NCBI RefSeq assembly: GCF_003946085.1
Contig: NZ_RHOB01000005.1
Span: 17,716-57,715 of the forward strand
Source: Levilactobacillus angrenensis
GTDB lineage: Bacteria; Bacillota; Bacilli; Lactobacillales; Lactobacillaceae
Direction: 5' to 3'
Length of the DNA stretch: 40,000 nucleotides
Below the pieces are notes generated by a model. The model was not told the origin of the DNA, did not search any database, and worked only from the letters and a program-made list of their open reading frames with translations. Positions 16,239-24,563 of this stretch are shown here, in pieces. Each line of letters begins with the position of its first letter. Within the stretch, counting starts at the first letter, position 1. Position numbers and translations under genes: made by a program.

Positions 16239-17600
16239 CTAATAAACCGTGATAGTCATATACAGTTTTTCCATAGCGTCAACCGGCGTAATGCCCAGAG
16301 TAACCAGAATAGAATCCTTGTCGTCCCCAGGTTCGACAGTCAAATCGCTTGGATCGAAGCTACCAATCGCTCCAGCCGTTTCCAAAGTCCGCAGATAAGC
16401 TACTCGGTTGGCCTTAAATAAATCCCGACCAGTCGAATCGTTGTTCACTTTGCCAATAAACTGGCTTTCGAATACATCCTGTGTATCGTTAGCAATCGCA
16501 TCTAGAGTTCGAATGGTCCGATTCTTGTGGAAGTCCTTTGGCTTAGCTTCGGTAAACGTCGTGAGCGTGTTAATATCCTGCTCGACCACCACTGAACCGT
16601 CTCGGCGTGCCGTAAAGACAATATAGCCATTAGCTAGATTTCGAATGGTTGCTTCATTCGTCAGCCGTGGGTTGGCATCCACAGCATCAGGGTAAGCTAC
16701 GTAAGTCAGTGAACCGGTAGCACCCGCAGCAGAAGCAACACCAGCTACATAAGCAGCTGCTGTAGTAGCGTCCAGCTTTTCACCATCCGTCAGTTCAACA
16801 CCATTGATGACTGCCGTGATAGCTTCGTGATCATAATCCAGTCCTTCAACACCGGGAACCACCGCAGTCACCTTGTAACCTTCGTTATCCCGTAAGTCTT
16901 CAATCAGTTGAGCTAGCAAGGCATGAACGTTACTATCCACTGGATAACCAGCCGTAGTGGCAACATTAAACGTCTTGGTTGCCAGTGTGTCACTGAGTAC
17001 CTCGGTTACGTCTACAGGGGTAGTAACACCGCCAGCCAACTTGTACGTTGTCTTACCTGCAAGTGCTTCCAGCTTAGTTTGTGCACTAGATTCGTCGGTC
17101 AACTTCACGGTTACAAAATCATTGCTTTTAAGACCGGCCGCCGTAGTCGTATGAATGACTTGTTCATCGACAATTGCTGTTCCATACAAGAATTGCACGG
17201 TCAATCGCGTTTCATCCGCCGCATCTTTTGTGACGGCAACTGTGAGCTCATTCCCTTTAGTCCCAGCATAGTTAGCTGTGAAGTTCCAGGGCAGTGCTTC
17301 ATCGGAAATCGTTGCTGTCTTACCGCCGTTAAGATTCAAGTAAAGAACCGTCACAGCTCCTCTTAATGCTTCCCGAATGGTCACCAGCTTACTGTCAGAT
17401 AATGGTGCTCCTAAGAGCGCTTGGAAGTCACTGCCACTATCGAGCTCTACAATCCCTTGTGGGCCCCAATCCAGCTGAACGCCATTTACCAGTAAGACTC
17501 GGCCAGAAGTCGCGTCTGCCTTAGCTTGTGGCGCTCCAATGGTGTTGATATAAGCACCCGGCCGTACCTTGTTTTGCGTTGTCCAAATTCCACCAGCCAT
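16239..17600 (-). CDS. Tail sheath protein
   Basis: MAGGIWTTQNKVRPGAYINTIG is a typical sheath (XkdK-like) N-terminus. 453 aa. Confidence 0.9.
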   Translation of the reverse strand: MAGGIWTTQNKVRPGAYINTIGAPQAKADATSGRVLLVNGVQLDWGPQGIVELDSGSDFQALLGAPLSDSKLVTIREALRGAVTVLYLNLNGGKTATISDEALPWNFTANYAGTKGNELTVAVTKDAADETRLTVQFLYGTAIVDEQVIHTTTAAGLKSNDFVTVKLTDESSAQTKLEALAGKTTYKLAGGVTTPVDVTEVLSDTLATKTFNVATTAGYPVDSNVHALLAQLIEDLRDNEGYKVTAVVPGVEGLDYDHEAITAVINGVELTDGEKLDATTAAAYVAGVASAAGATGSLTYVAYPDAVDANPRLTNEATIRNLANGYIVFTARRDGSVVVEQDINTLTTFTEAKPKDFHKNRTIRTLDAIANDTQDVFESQFIGKVNNDSTGRDLFKANRVAYLRTLETAGAIGSFDPSDLTVEPGDDKDSILVTLGITPVDAMEKLYMTITVY

Positions 17601-17601
17601 A

Positions 17602-17784
17602 CTAGATACCCCCTTTAAATTTCTTGATTAGATTCTTTGCATCGTCCAGCGAGTACTCTTTACCATCGTCCAAAACGACGTTCAAAATTGCTCGTTGGGT
17701 AGTAGAAAAGCCGGTACTGTTCACCAGTCCGGCCTTATCATAGGTAGCTTTGGCCACCCGTTGTTTAGTTTTCGCTACGGTCAC
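17602..17784 (-). CDS. Hypothetical small structural-module protein
   Basis: GTG start with GAAAGGGTGA 6 nt upstream. Tightly packed between the neck and sheath genes. Confidence 0.55.
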   Translation of the reverse strand: MTVAKTKQRVAKATYDKAGLVNSTGFSTTQRAILNVVLDDGKEYSLDDAKNLIKKFKGGI

Positions 17785-18187
17785 TATTCGTCACCCTTTC
17801 TATTTGTTTCATTTTCTGTTGTTTCGGTGTGTTATCCACCGGGGCCGCCCAGAGTACAACGTTAAAATCCAGCGTCAGCGTACCATCCACTCGATTGAAG
17901 TCGCGGTCTCGAATGTGGGCAAAATCTGGAAGTGTCAAGAACTGATTTAATAGCAGTTGCTCCATCCGCTCCATATCTGCATTCGGCTTCTTCAGATTCG
18001 GAAAGTAAACCACCTGATACCCATGAGTCCGCTTCTGCCGCCCAAAGAGTTCTGGCTCACTGCGACCACCAATAGTCGACACGTAAAAAGACGGCTCTTT
18101 AAAGCCACCAGATTGATTCTCACGATAAACGGGCAACGCCGGTGCGATAGTCGTGAGTAGTTGCCCGATACGTTCAATGATAGTCAT
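17765..18187 (-). CDS. Neck / tail-completion protein (family uncertain)
   Basis: Call is from position after the HK97 gp10-like gene. 140 aa. Confidence 0.5.
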   Translation of the reverse strand: MTIIERIGQLLTTIAPALPVYRENQSGGFKEPSFYVSTIGGRSEPELFGRQKRTHGYQVVYFPNLKKPNADMERMEQLLLNQFLTLPDFAHIRDRDFNRVDGTLTLDFNVVLWAAPVDNTPKQQKMKQIERVTNSDRSEN

Positions 18188-18592
18188 TTACAGCAACCCC
18201 TCCATCGCGCTCATAAAGCCAGGTGTCAGTAGTAGCGGCAATTCACCAGAGATAGCTTCGATTGAATCACGGAGCATGAAGCGCCCCGGCACCCAACCGC
18301 CACCACCGCGAGTACGGTGACCATTCTCAATGAACGGTGCGTACTCAACATTGTTTGATAGCTGAATTGAGATGACGGCTCCGCCAATGAATGGCCCCTG
18401 AATGGTCCACCCTCGCCGGAGATTACCGGTGTCTACAGGAGTTGAATTGCTGACACGTCGTTGTGCTTGCACCCCAACCCGTTTAAGTGATTGCTGAAGC
18501 TCCATCTTTAGTTTGGTGGGATTGGCTGCCTTGACCTGAACCTCTTTAGTCCAAGCCTGAAACTCACCATCATCAACCGTGTAGAATCCCAT
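18188..18592 (-). CDS. HK97 gp10-family head-tail joining protein
   Basis: PVDTGNLRRGW...NNVEYAPFIENGHRT motifs. Confidence 0.8.
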   Translation of the reverse strand: MGFYTVDDGEFQAWTKEVQVKAANPTKLKMELQQSLKRVGVQAQRRVSNSTPVDTGNLRRGWTIQGPFIGGAVISIQLSNNVEYAPFIENGHRTRGGGGWVPGRFMLRDSIEAISGELPLLLTPGFMSAMEGLL

Positions 18593-18973
18593 CTACTCCA
18601 CCTCCTCACTAGCTTTCTCATCTCTGACCATGGCCACTTCTTGATGGCTCACGTACCCGGCATATCCTTTGCTGGCACGCTTGTAGTGGGTAACCTGACC
18701 ATTTACGTCAGTCACATCTACAGTGGCACCAGCAGGGATTTTGAGGCCATTACGGATGAGTAGTTTAGCGTCATAAGCGTCAGTCCCGAAGAACGTTTGC
18801 TCACTGGCTTTGAGACCTTTCAGAATCACCTTAGCTGGTTCATTTTCAACAATCACTACCGGCACGGTGTCAGTAAAGGCACCGTCCTTTACTGTCTCCA
18901 CACCAGTGATAGTGACTCGATCAAACCACAGCTTGGTGAGTTGGCGCCCCATCTTATTAAATGCTGCTTTCAT
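18593..18973 (-). CDS. Head closure / head-tail adaptor protein
   Basis: Size, position and a beta-rich sequence (...EPAKVILKGLKASEQTFFGTDAYDAKLLI...). Confidence 0.6.
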   Translation of the reverse strand: MKAAFNKMGRQLTKLWFDRVTITGVETVKDGAFTDTVPVVIVENEPAKVILKGLKASEQTFFGTDAYDAKLLIRNGLKIPAGATVDVTDVNGQVTHYKRASKGYAGYVSHQEVAMVRDEKASEEVE

Positions 18974-19359
18974 CGCTTCACCACCCGAAATGAATTCAAC
19001 TGGGCTAGATAGTTATCAGTCAGCGTATTCACTGATTGAAGCTCCAGATAAGCCTCACTAGCTGACCGAAAGGTAACCGACGTGTCACCCTCACTGAGTG
19101 TCTTAACGTCCCCATCACGATCAGCTATTGGGGTGAGTAATTGATGAGTAGCTAGAAACTGCTGACACAAGCTTAACAGAACTGTGTCAAGCTCAACAGG
19201 CAGCCCTGAAACAGCCAAGTGCGTGTAGTTAGACACGTCCTGCACCACCTTATCGAACGCAAACTCTAACATCACCTGATAGCTGAGATTGCTCCCATCA
19301 TCAGGATTGAGCAGTTTCAGTTGCTCCAGCAGTTCGTCTCTCCGTGGATGTTTATCCAT
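18970..19359 (-). CDS. Head-tail connector (gp6-like) protein
   Basis: Position after the capsid gene. 129 aa, helical. AAAGGGGGA SD. Confidence 0.55.
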   Translation of the reverse strand: MDKHPRRDELLEQLKLLNPDDGSNLSYQVMLEFAFDKVVQDVSNYTHLAVSGLPVELDTVLLSLCQQFLATHQLLTPIADRDGDVKTLSEGDTSVTFRSASEAYLELQSVNTLTDNYLAQLNSFRVVKR

Positions 19360-19372
19360 GTGGATTCCCCCT

Positions 19373-19510
19373 TTAGTCAGCTGGTACCAGCGCCAATAGG
19401 TCAGCTTTCAAGGTTACCCCGTCATGACTGATACCATTGGCGTCCAGCCAGTCGGTAATCTCGGCTACCGTACTGGCACTAGTCGGCTTATCGGGGGCTA
19501 CACTTTTGGG
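19373..19510 (-). CDS. Start-less 43-codon frame encoding an HeH/Rho_N-like motif; candidate -1 frameshift extension of the major capsid protein
   Basis: The -1 frame from C_CCA_AAA (19504-19510) reads SVAPDKPTSASTVAEITDWLDANGISHDGVTLKADLLALVPAD and stops at 19373-19375. This frame has no ATG/GTG and is closed by a TAA a few codons upstream of the heptamer. Confidence 0.45.
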   Translation of the reverse strand, partial: PKSVAPDKPTSASTVAEITDWLDANGISHDGVTLKADLLALVPAD

Positions 19511-20424
19511 TCGTCTGTGGAAGCCGCCTTATCGGACGTAACGAACTCGATCCCCTTAGTCTTAGTGTGAAGTAACAGCACATCATCGTAGGATTGTTCG
19601 TAGTACAAGTAGTTACCGCTGTTAGCAGCACTAGGCGCATCGAATCCAACGAAGCTATACTTTTGTGGTGCAATTTGAACACCATTGTAAATCAGGAACA
19701 TTTCGATTTGCTTGGCGTCATCCACAGCCTTAGAGCCGACGGTAAAATCGAATGCAGTTTGCATGAGGTCAGACGGAACAACCACAATCGTCACATCATC
19801 GATGCTGTAGACCGTGCGTTGGACGTTGTTAGGGTCCTTCAAGTTAAGCTCACGGTTCATGGCTTCGGCGCGCTTCAGAATAGCATTATTCTTAGGCGTC
19901 AGGTAAAGTACCCGGTTCTGTTGCGGAATCCGTGCTTCATCGAAATTCACCATCATGTTATCGAAAGCAGTCAGGATGTTCTTTTCATCCAGCGTGTCGG
20001 TGTGCAAGCCACCATCATCAGCTGCTACCTTTTCTTGATAGAGCTTACTAAACATTTGACGGTCCATTTCTGGCATCTTTTCATCAAGGTTGAACTGCTT
20101 GGTAATGTTGGCAATACTGATAACCATGTTAGATTCATCAATATCAGATGGGTCAACCAACGTGCTCCAGTAACGTTCGTTTTTCAATTCATATGAATCC
20201 CAATCGTTGGAGTAGTTGGCGTTGGGTTGCGTGATAGTCCGCCGCGCCCGGTCTCGCCGACCTTCATCAATCGTCAGGCGTGGAACTTTGATGTGCTTGG
20301 CCCCGTCAAATTTGATAACACCGTTCGATGGAGAGTTCCATAAGTCAGCAGAGAACAAGTGTCCATCGTAGAATGCTTGCTGAATGGCTTGTTGGTAAGC
20401 CTCAGCGTAATTAATTGTTGCCAT
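19498..20424 (-). CDS. Major capsid protein
   Basis: 308 aa directly after the scaffold gene. Strong SD context and typical position. The family was not identified by eye. Confidence 0.8.
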   Translation of the reverse strand: MATINYAEAYQQAIQQAFYDGHLFSADLWNSPSNGVIKFDGAKHIKVPRLTIDEGRRDRARRTITQPNANYSNDWDSYELKNERYWSTLVDPSDIDESNMVISIANITKQFNLDEKMPEMDRQMFSKLYQEKVAADDGGLHTDTLDEKNILTAFDNMMVNFDEARIPQQNRVLYLTPKNNAILKRAEAMNRELNLKDPNNVQRTVYSIDDVTIVVVPSDLMQTAFDFTVGSKAVDDAKQIEMFLIYNGVQIAPQKYSFVGFDAPSAANSGNYLYYEQSYDDVLLLHTKTKGIEFVTSDKAASTDDPKV

Positions 20425-20442
20425 AAATTATTCCTTCTTTCT

Positions 20443-20982
20443 TTATTTAAAAGCGTCGACTAGGGTTTGAACCTGGTCAGAATCATCAGAGCCTTGACCG
20501 CCAGCCGGATCGTAGTGAGTCTGCTTGCCACCATCGAATAAGTAGCCATCAGTCTTCCGAAGCGCAGTGAGCTGGTCATCTAAACCCTCAAGCTTACCGT
20601 CATCGGTGAGTTTGACCTTATCCATATCGAGCAATCCTTCCACAGCTTTAGGGTTGCGGGCCTTGGCACCCGTCAGTGCCGTAGTCAACGCACTATTCAG
20701 CTTGGTTTGGCTCAATTGGTTGGTTAAAGTCTCCGTGTCGGTCTTGTACTTGTCCTGAAGTTCAGTCAGCTGTTTAGATAAGCCCTCGTTATCGCCGGCG
20801 TCCTTCTTGAGTGACTTGATATCCTTGTCACGGTCGGCAATCTGAGTCTTAAGGCTCTCCGTTTCAGTGGTCAATTCGGCCAACTGGGACTTCGAAGCTT
20901 CCACATCCTTGCCGTGCTCGGCCATAATGGCATCGATCTGATCGTCCTCCAATTTCAAACCCTTTAAAAATTCTCGTTTCAT
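20443..20982 (-). CDS. Scaffolding protein (DUF4355-like)
   Basis: Highly charged coiled-coil protein (LKLEDDQIDAIMAEHGKDVE...). The start was moved to MKREFLKG (AGAGGA 8 nt upstream). Confidence 0.8.
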   Translation of the reverse strand: MKREFLKGLKLEDDQIDAIMAEHGKDVEASKSQLAELTTETESLKTQIADRDKDIKSLKKDAGDNEGLSKQLTELQDKYKTDTETLTNQLSQTKLNSALTTALTGAKARNPKAVEGLLDMDKVKLTDDGKLEGLDDQLTALRKTDGYLFDGGKQTHYDPAGGQGSDDSDQVQTLVDAFK

Positions 20983-21076
20983 TTCAAACATCCTCTCTCG
21001 CTAGATTTACGTGGAGCGGCCACGAATTGAGGCAAAACAAAAAGCAGTTTTACGTCGTGCTGGGGACAATTAGGAT

Positions 21077-21110
21077 ATAAAAATAGCACTCAACGTTTTT
21101 GTTGGGTGCT
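21077..21110 (-). terminator. Rho-independent terminator inside the head-gene cluster
   Basis: On the minus strand, AGCACCCAAC / GTTGAGTGCT forms a 10-bp stem with one mismatch and an AAAAAC loop, followed by ATTTTTAT. It overlaps the stop of the 53-aa ORF. Confidence 0.55.
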
Positions 21111-21270
21111 AGTAAACCTTGCTCGTATCAGGCTTTACTTGGTACGGTTCATCTTTCTTCAAACAGTTTTTAATGACCTTGATAGCCTCATCTCCAGAAA
21201 ACAGATAGCTAGGGAAGTAGTCATGAAAATGTTCATAATATTTATTCTGCCATCCAAACAAGTTCATCAT
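21109..21270 (-). CDS. Hypothetical 53-aa protein (candidate immunity/partner of the MuF C-terminal domain; below the ORF-track cutoff)
   Basis: My translation is MMNLFGWQNKYYEHFHDYFPSYLFSGDEAIKVIKNCLKKDEPYQVKPDTSKVY. GAGGTG lies 4 nt upstream, and the ORF starts 1 nt after the MuF stop. Confidence 0.5.
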   Translation of the reverse strand: MMNLFGWQNKYYEHFHDYFPSYLFSGDEAIKVIKNCLKKDEPYQVKPDTSKVY

Positions 21271-21271
21271 T

Positions 21272-23155
21272 TTACACCTCGTTTATTTTATCGACAATTT
21301 TCAAGTAGGACGCATAAGCAGTTGGAAAAATCTTTCTAATCTCATCTAGTGATTCTGGATTATTAATAATCGCACTTGTAATTTCCGCAAGCGCTTCCGC
21401 CTCTTGAGCCCCTGGTCTCTTGTAATATTCTTTACCATGGCCCATAGTAATCCATATTTCCTCATCTGGATTATCAACAACAGAAGCAGCATCAATCATA
21501 TCGGAAACATCCCCGAAAGCCCGAGCCTTCTCTGGGTGCCCGGAATCATCATACAAAGAACTGCTTTCTCGTAATTCCTTATACACAATTTTCCGAACAC
21601 TAGACTTATTCAGTTCTCCACTCTTCGTATCAAAAAGTATTTTTTCACCATTGTACTTCCCCTGAGAAGTACTAGGATCCCACACCAGTTTTCTAGTTGA
21701 GGTCAACCCGACAGACTTAATTTCACTTATTTTTTGAGTTATTTTTTGCTCAATCAATGAGCGGAAGTCATCGTTGAGAGCCTTCTTAAAATTAAATTCT
21801 TCTTTTAAGCTTATTTTACCAGAAAAGCTATCAATTGCATGTCCGAACTCATGAAAAATAACGTCATTATCATTTCTAAACCATTCACTACTCGTCGGAT
21901 GAATATGATTAGTATTAAATGTCACCTTACCGGTAGATGGCATGAAATAAGACGAGCCCTCTTTTACCATCTTTTCAATAATAAAGTCTGGCGCGTACTT
22001 TTTCCACATCGTTTGAATGGGAACCAAACTTTGCCCCAGCTTACTATTAATTGCACCGATGCTATTTGAATCAAGATTATTTTTTAGAGACTGTGAAACA
22101 AAAGCCCCCAGAAGCTTATTACCAGCATACTGATCCTTCCATTCATTAAACTTAACGTCCTTGACCATCTTACCTTTACCGGTTGTAGGATCCCGAGACC
22201 AGCGCTCGGTAATCTCTGGCAAGTCATCCATATATGGAACTGTAGTACAGCGGCAGTACGGGTGGATAAGCGGATAGTTGATACCATCCTTGCGTTCCGA
22301 CAGTTTGAACTTCTGGCCATCAAGTCTCCCGCAAGTGTCACAAGTATGGGACTCCAGAGTAGCCATGTATTCGTACTGCTCAATCTCATTTTCTTCGTAT
22401 CCCTTAGCGGCGGCCTCTTCGGCGATGTGCCCCATCTCAGAAGTAACCAGCCTGTGTAAATTGGATTTTTTGAAGTCCTGAAACTTAGCATGAAACAATT
22501 GACTAGCCTTCTGCGGGCTATAACCCATCAGTGTACTTGTGAGTACCGACTCTCTCAACATCTTCGGTAGGTCTTGCTGGTAGTTCTTCCAAATACGTTT
22601 GGAAAAGTCCTTGCCATCTTTACCCCAGGGATTTGAAACGACCATTCGTAGCTGGGCCTCGTTGAAGTGCGCGAAGTTGGCTGTGAAGTTCCCCTTAGAC
22701 GCCTGAACAGTGTAGTTGGTCCGCATGTAAGTATCTTCAAACTGCTTAGCCAATCCATCTCGCATATTACCAGTCTCTCGACTAGCATATGGCTGCGAAA
22801 CCTGTCTTAGCTGCTCCTCTAAGTCTTGTAGTCGAGCAACTCGACTGCGGTAGTACTCTTCATCTAAGCGCTCGGTACGTCGCCCCTTCTTAGCATTACG
22901 TTCAAATCGTTCAAGCGTCATCCCCCAGTTCTCAGAGTTGACCCCCGCGAGATCTTCGACGGCCTCTTCCTTAGTCATCGCACGGTTGTTGGCGTACTTG
23001 ACGTACCATTTCTCCATTTCAGCATGTAACTCACGGTATAAGCCATTAAGCTCGGGTTGCAGAGCCTTCTCGTAGGCTTCAGCGCTCTTAATTTCCTTGG
23101 CTTTGACCTGAAGGTGACGTCGTTCCCAATATCTCTCGGTACTAGCTTTCGTCAT
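21272..23155 (-). CDS. Head morphogenesis protein (SPP1 gp7 / Mu F family) fused to a ~290-aa C-terminal HExxH (zincin-like) domain
   Basis: The MuF signature is YEYMATLESHTCDTCGRLDGQKF...IHPYCRCTTVPY. HEFGH is encoded at 21839-21853. The C-terminal part is visibly more AT-rich. The start was moved to MTKAST. Confidence 0.85.
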   Translation of the reverse strand: MTKASTERYWERRHLQVKAKEIKSAEAYEKALQPELNGLYRELHAEMEKWYVKYANNRAMTKEEAVEDLAGVNSENWGMTLERFERNAKKGRRTERLDEEYYRSRVARLQDLEEQLRQVSQPYASRETGNMRDGLAKQFEDTYMRTNYTVQASKGNFTANFAHFNEAQLRMVVSNPWGKDGKDFSKRIWKNYQQDLPKMLRESVLTSTLMGYSPQKASQLFHAKFQDFKKSNLHRLVTSEMGHIAEEAAAKGYEENEIEQYEYMATLESHTCDTCGRLDGQKFKLSERKDGINYPLIHPYCRCTTVPYMDDLPEITERWSRDPTTGKGKMVKDVKFNEWKDQYAGNKLLGAFVSQSLKNNLDSNSIGAINSKLGQSLVPIQTMWKKYAPDFIIEKMVKEGSSYFMPSTGKVTFNTNHIHPTSSEWFRNDNDVIFHEFGHAIDSFSGKISLKEEFNFKKALNDDFRSLIEQKITQKISEIKSVGLTSTRKLVWDPSTSQGKYNGEKILFDTKSGELNKSSVRKIVYKELRESSSLYDDSGHPEKARAFGDVSDMIDAASVVDNPDEEIWITMGHGKEYYKRPGAQEAEALAEITSAIINNPESLDEIRKIFPTAYASYLKIVDKINEV

Positions 23156-24563
23156 CGTCCTCACCACCTAAGTCATCAAGGGCATCAGGATTAGCATAGC
23201 CGTCACGCTTAACGATGTCATCTTGCCGGTCTTGCAGCTCCTGCTGTGGGTCATCCACAATTGGGTTGCCCTTGGCGATTGCTTCATCACTAGTGTACTG
23301 AGCAAGCTGGGCCACAATCTGCGCTTGTTCCAAGTCGTTTTGAATAGCCGTTCGGGTCCAAGTCTGATTAATCTTTCGACTATCAGCGTCAGATACTTTA
23401 AGCCATGTCAGAATGGCTCGGACAAGTTCGGTGAGAGCGTCCCGGAAGTAAGATTCAGTGATAGACGCCTTCAGTTCTAAGTGACCATACAGCGCACGAA
23501 TAGCCGTTCCTGAGGCATTCCCAATCTCCTTAAAGTCAGTCGGATTAATACCCTGAGCTTCGACAAACAGGTCTGACTTGGTGACTTCCAGCAGTGTATT
23601 GCGAGCTTCCACAGGAATGTCGATGGTCAGCTTGTCAACGCCTGACTTATCACCGGGGCCAACGCTGTCCATCTTGATAGCGTGGTCTTCTTTGAGCGCC
23701 TTCATGAAGCTCGACAAGTCTTCCCCACCATAGTTGGTGAGAATCAGAACGACTTGCTGGATATCGTCAACGTCGTTCACAAATCCGTTGTAGACGTTAT
23801 CGTAGACATCAATCAAACCTTTGTATTTCAGTAATTCTGGGCGGCGGTACTTGTTCTTCGGAAACGCAATGAAGGGAATCCGGCGCAACTGATGTTCCAG
23901 CACCGCACCAGTGCCCGTCTCATCCCCGCTAGTCACATCGTAGAGAGTAAAGCGGTCAGAATAGAGGGATAGGTCGCCGTAGTCCGGCATCGTCGACTTG
24001 AAGACGGTCACGTCCTTGTCTGTCCAGTATTCGTGCACTTTGAAGTACTTACCGGTATCAGGGTCAAGTTGCTTGTAGCTTCGTCTCAGAGCCAATAGCT
24101 TGCGGTCCAAATCGCTAGAATAGATAGGTACCACTTGGTCTGGGGGCACGATGCCATACCGGAACTGGCCGCTGTCATCAATCCAGTAGTGTAGCCAGGC
24201 GACCCCAGCATTTGAGGCATCCACCACCATTTGATTGAGTCTGAGGTTGAAGTTATCCCCCAGTGCGTCCTTAATCTTATCGTTAAGCGTGTCATCTTCC
24301 ACATCAATAGTTGGCGGCACCGTGGCCACGTAGCCAGCTTCCTGGTCAACCAGCAATTGATGGAAGTTACTCGACACGCGGTTGTCGGCTCGACGCAATG
24401 GCTCGTTCTTGCCAGATTCGTTCAGCTTAGACTCGCCATTGTTGCGATTGGTAATGTCATTTTTGTTGAAGTAGTACTTCAACGACTTGTCGAACTGGTT
24501 GGCAAAATGAATCCGCCGCCCATCCGTGTTTTTAAGCAATTGTTTCATCGTCTTTACTTCCAT
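23142..24563 (-). CDS. Portal protein (SPP1 gp6-like)
   Basis: 473 aa after the large terminase gene. Acidic C-terminus. Confidence 0.85.
   Translation of the reverse strand: MEVKTMKQLLKNTDGRRIHFANQFDKSLKYYFNKNDITNRNNGESKLNESGKNEPLRRADNRVSSNFHQLLVDQEAGYVATVPPTIDVEDDTLNDKIKDALGDNFNLRLNQMVVDASNAGVAWLHYWIDDSGQFRYGIVPPDQVVPIYSSDLDRKLLALRRSYKQLDPDTGKYFKVHEYWTDKDVTVFKSTMPDYGDLSLYSDRFTLYDVTSGDETGTGAVLEHQLRRIPFIAFPKNKYRRPELLKYKGLIDVYDNVYNGFVNDVDDIQQVVLILTNYGGEDLSSFMKALKEDHAIKMDSVGPGDKSGVDKLTIDIPVEARNTLLEVTKSDLFVEAQGINPTDFKEIGNASGTAIRALYGHLELKASITESYFRDALTELVRAILTWLKVSDADSRKINQTWTRTAIQNDLEQAQIVAQLAQYTSDEAIAKGNPIVDDPQQELQDRQDDIVKRDGYANPDALDDLGGEDDDES

Noticed and set aside
19488-19685. 65-aa minus-strand ORF overlapping the capsid gene end
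   Set aside because: It is an alternative frame inside the capsid gene, has no SD, and is a different frame from the HeH-like extension discussed in the findings.
21106-21339. 77-aa plus-strand ORF
   Set aside because: It overlaps the MuF stop region, the SD-preceded 53-aa minus-strand ORF and the terminator. It has no SD.
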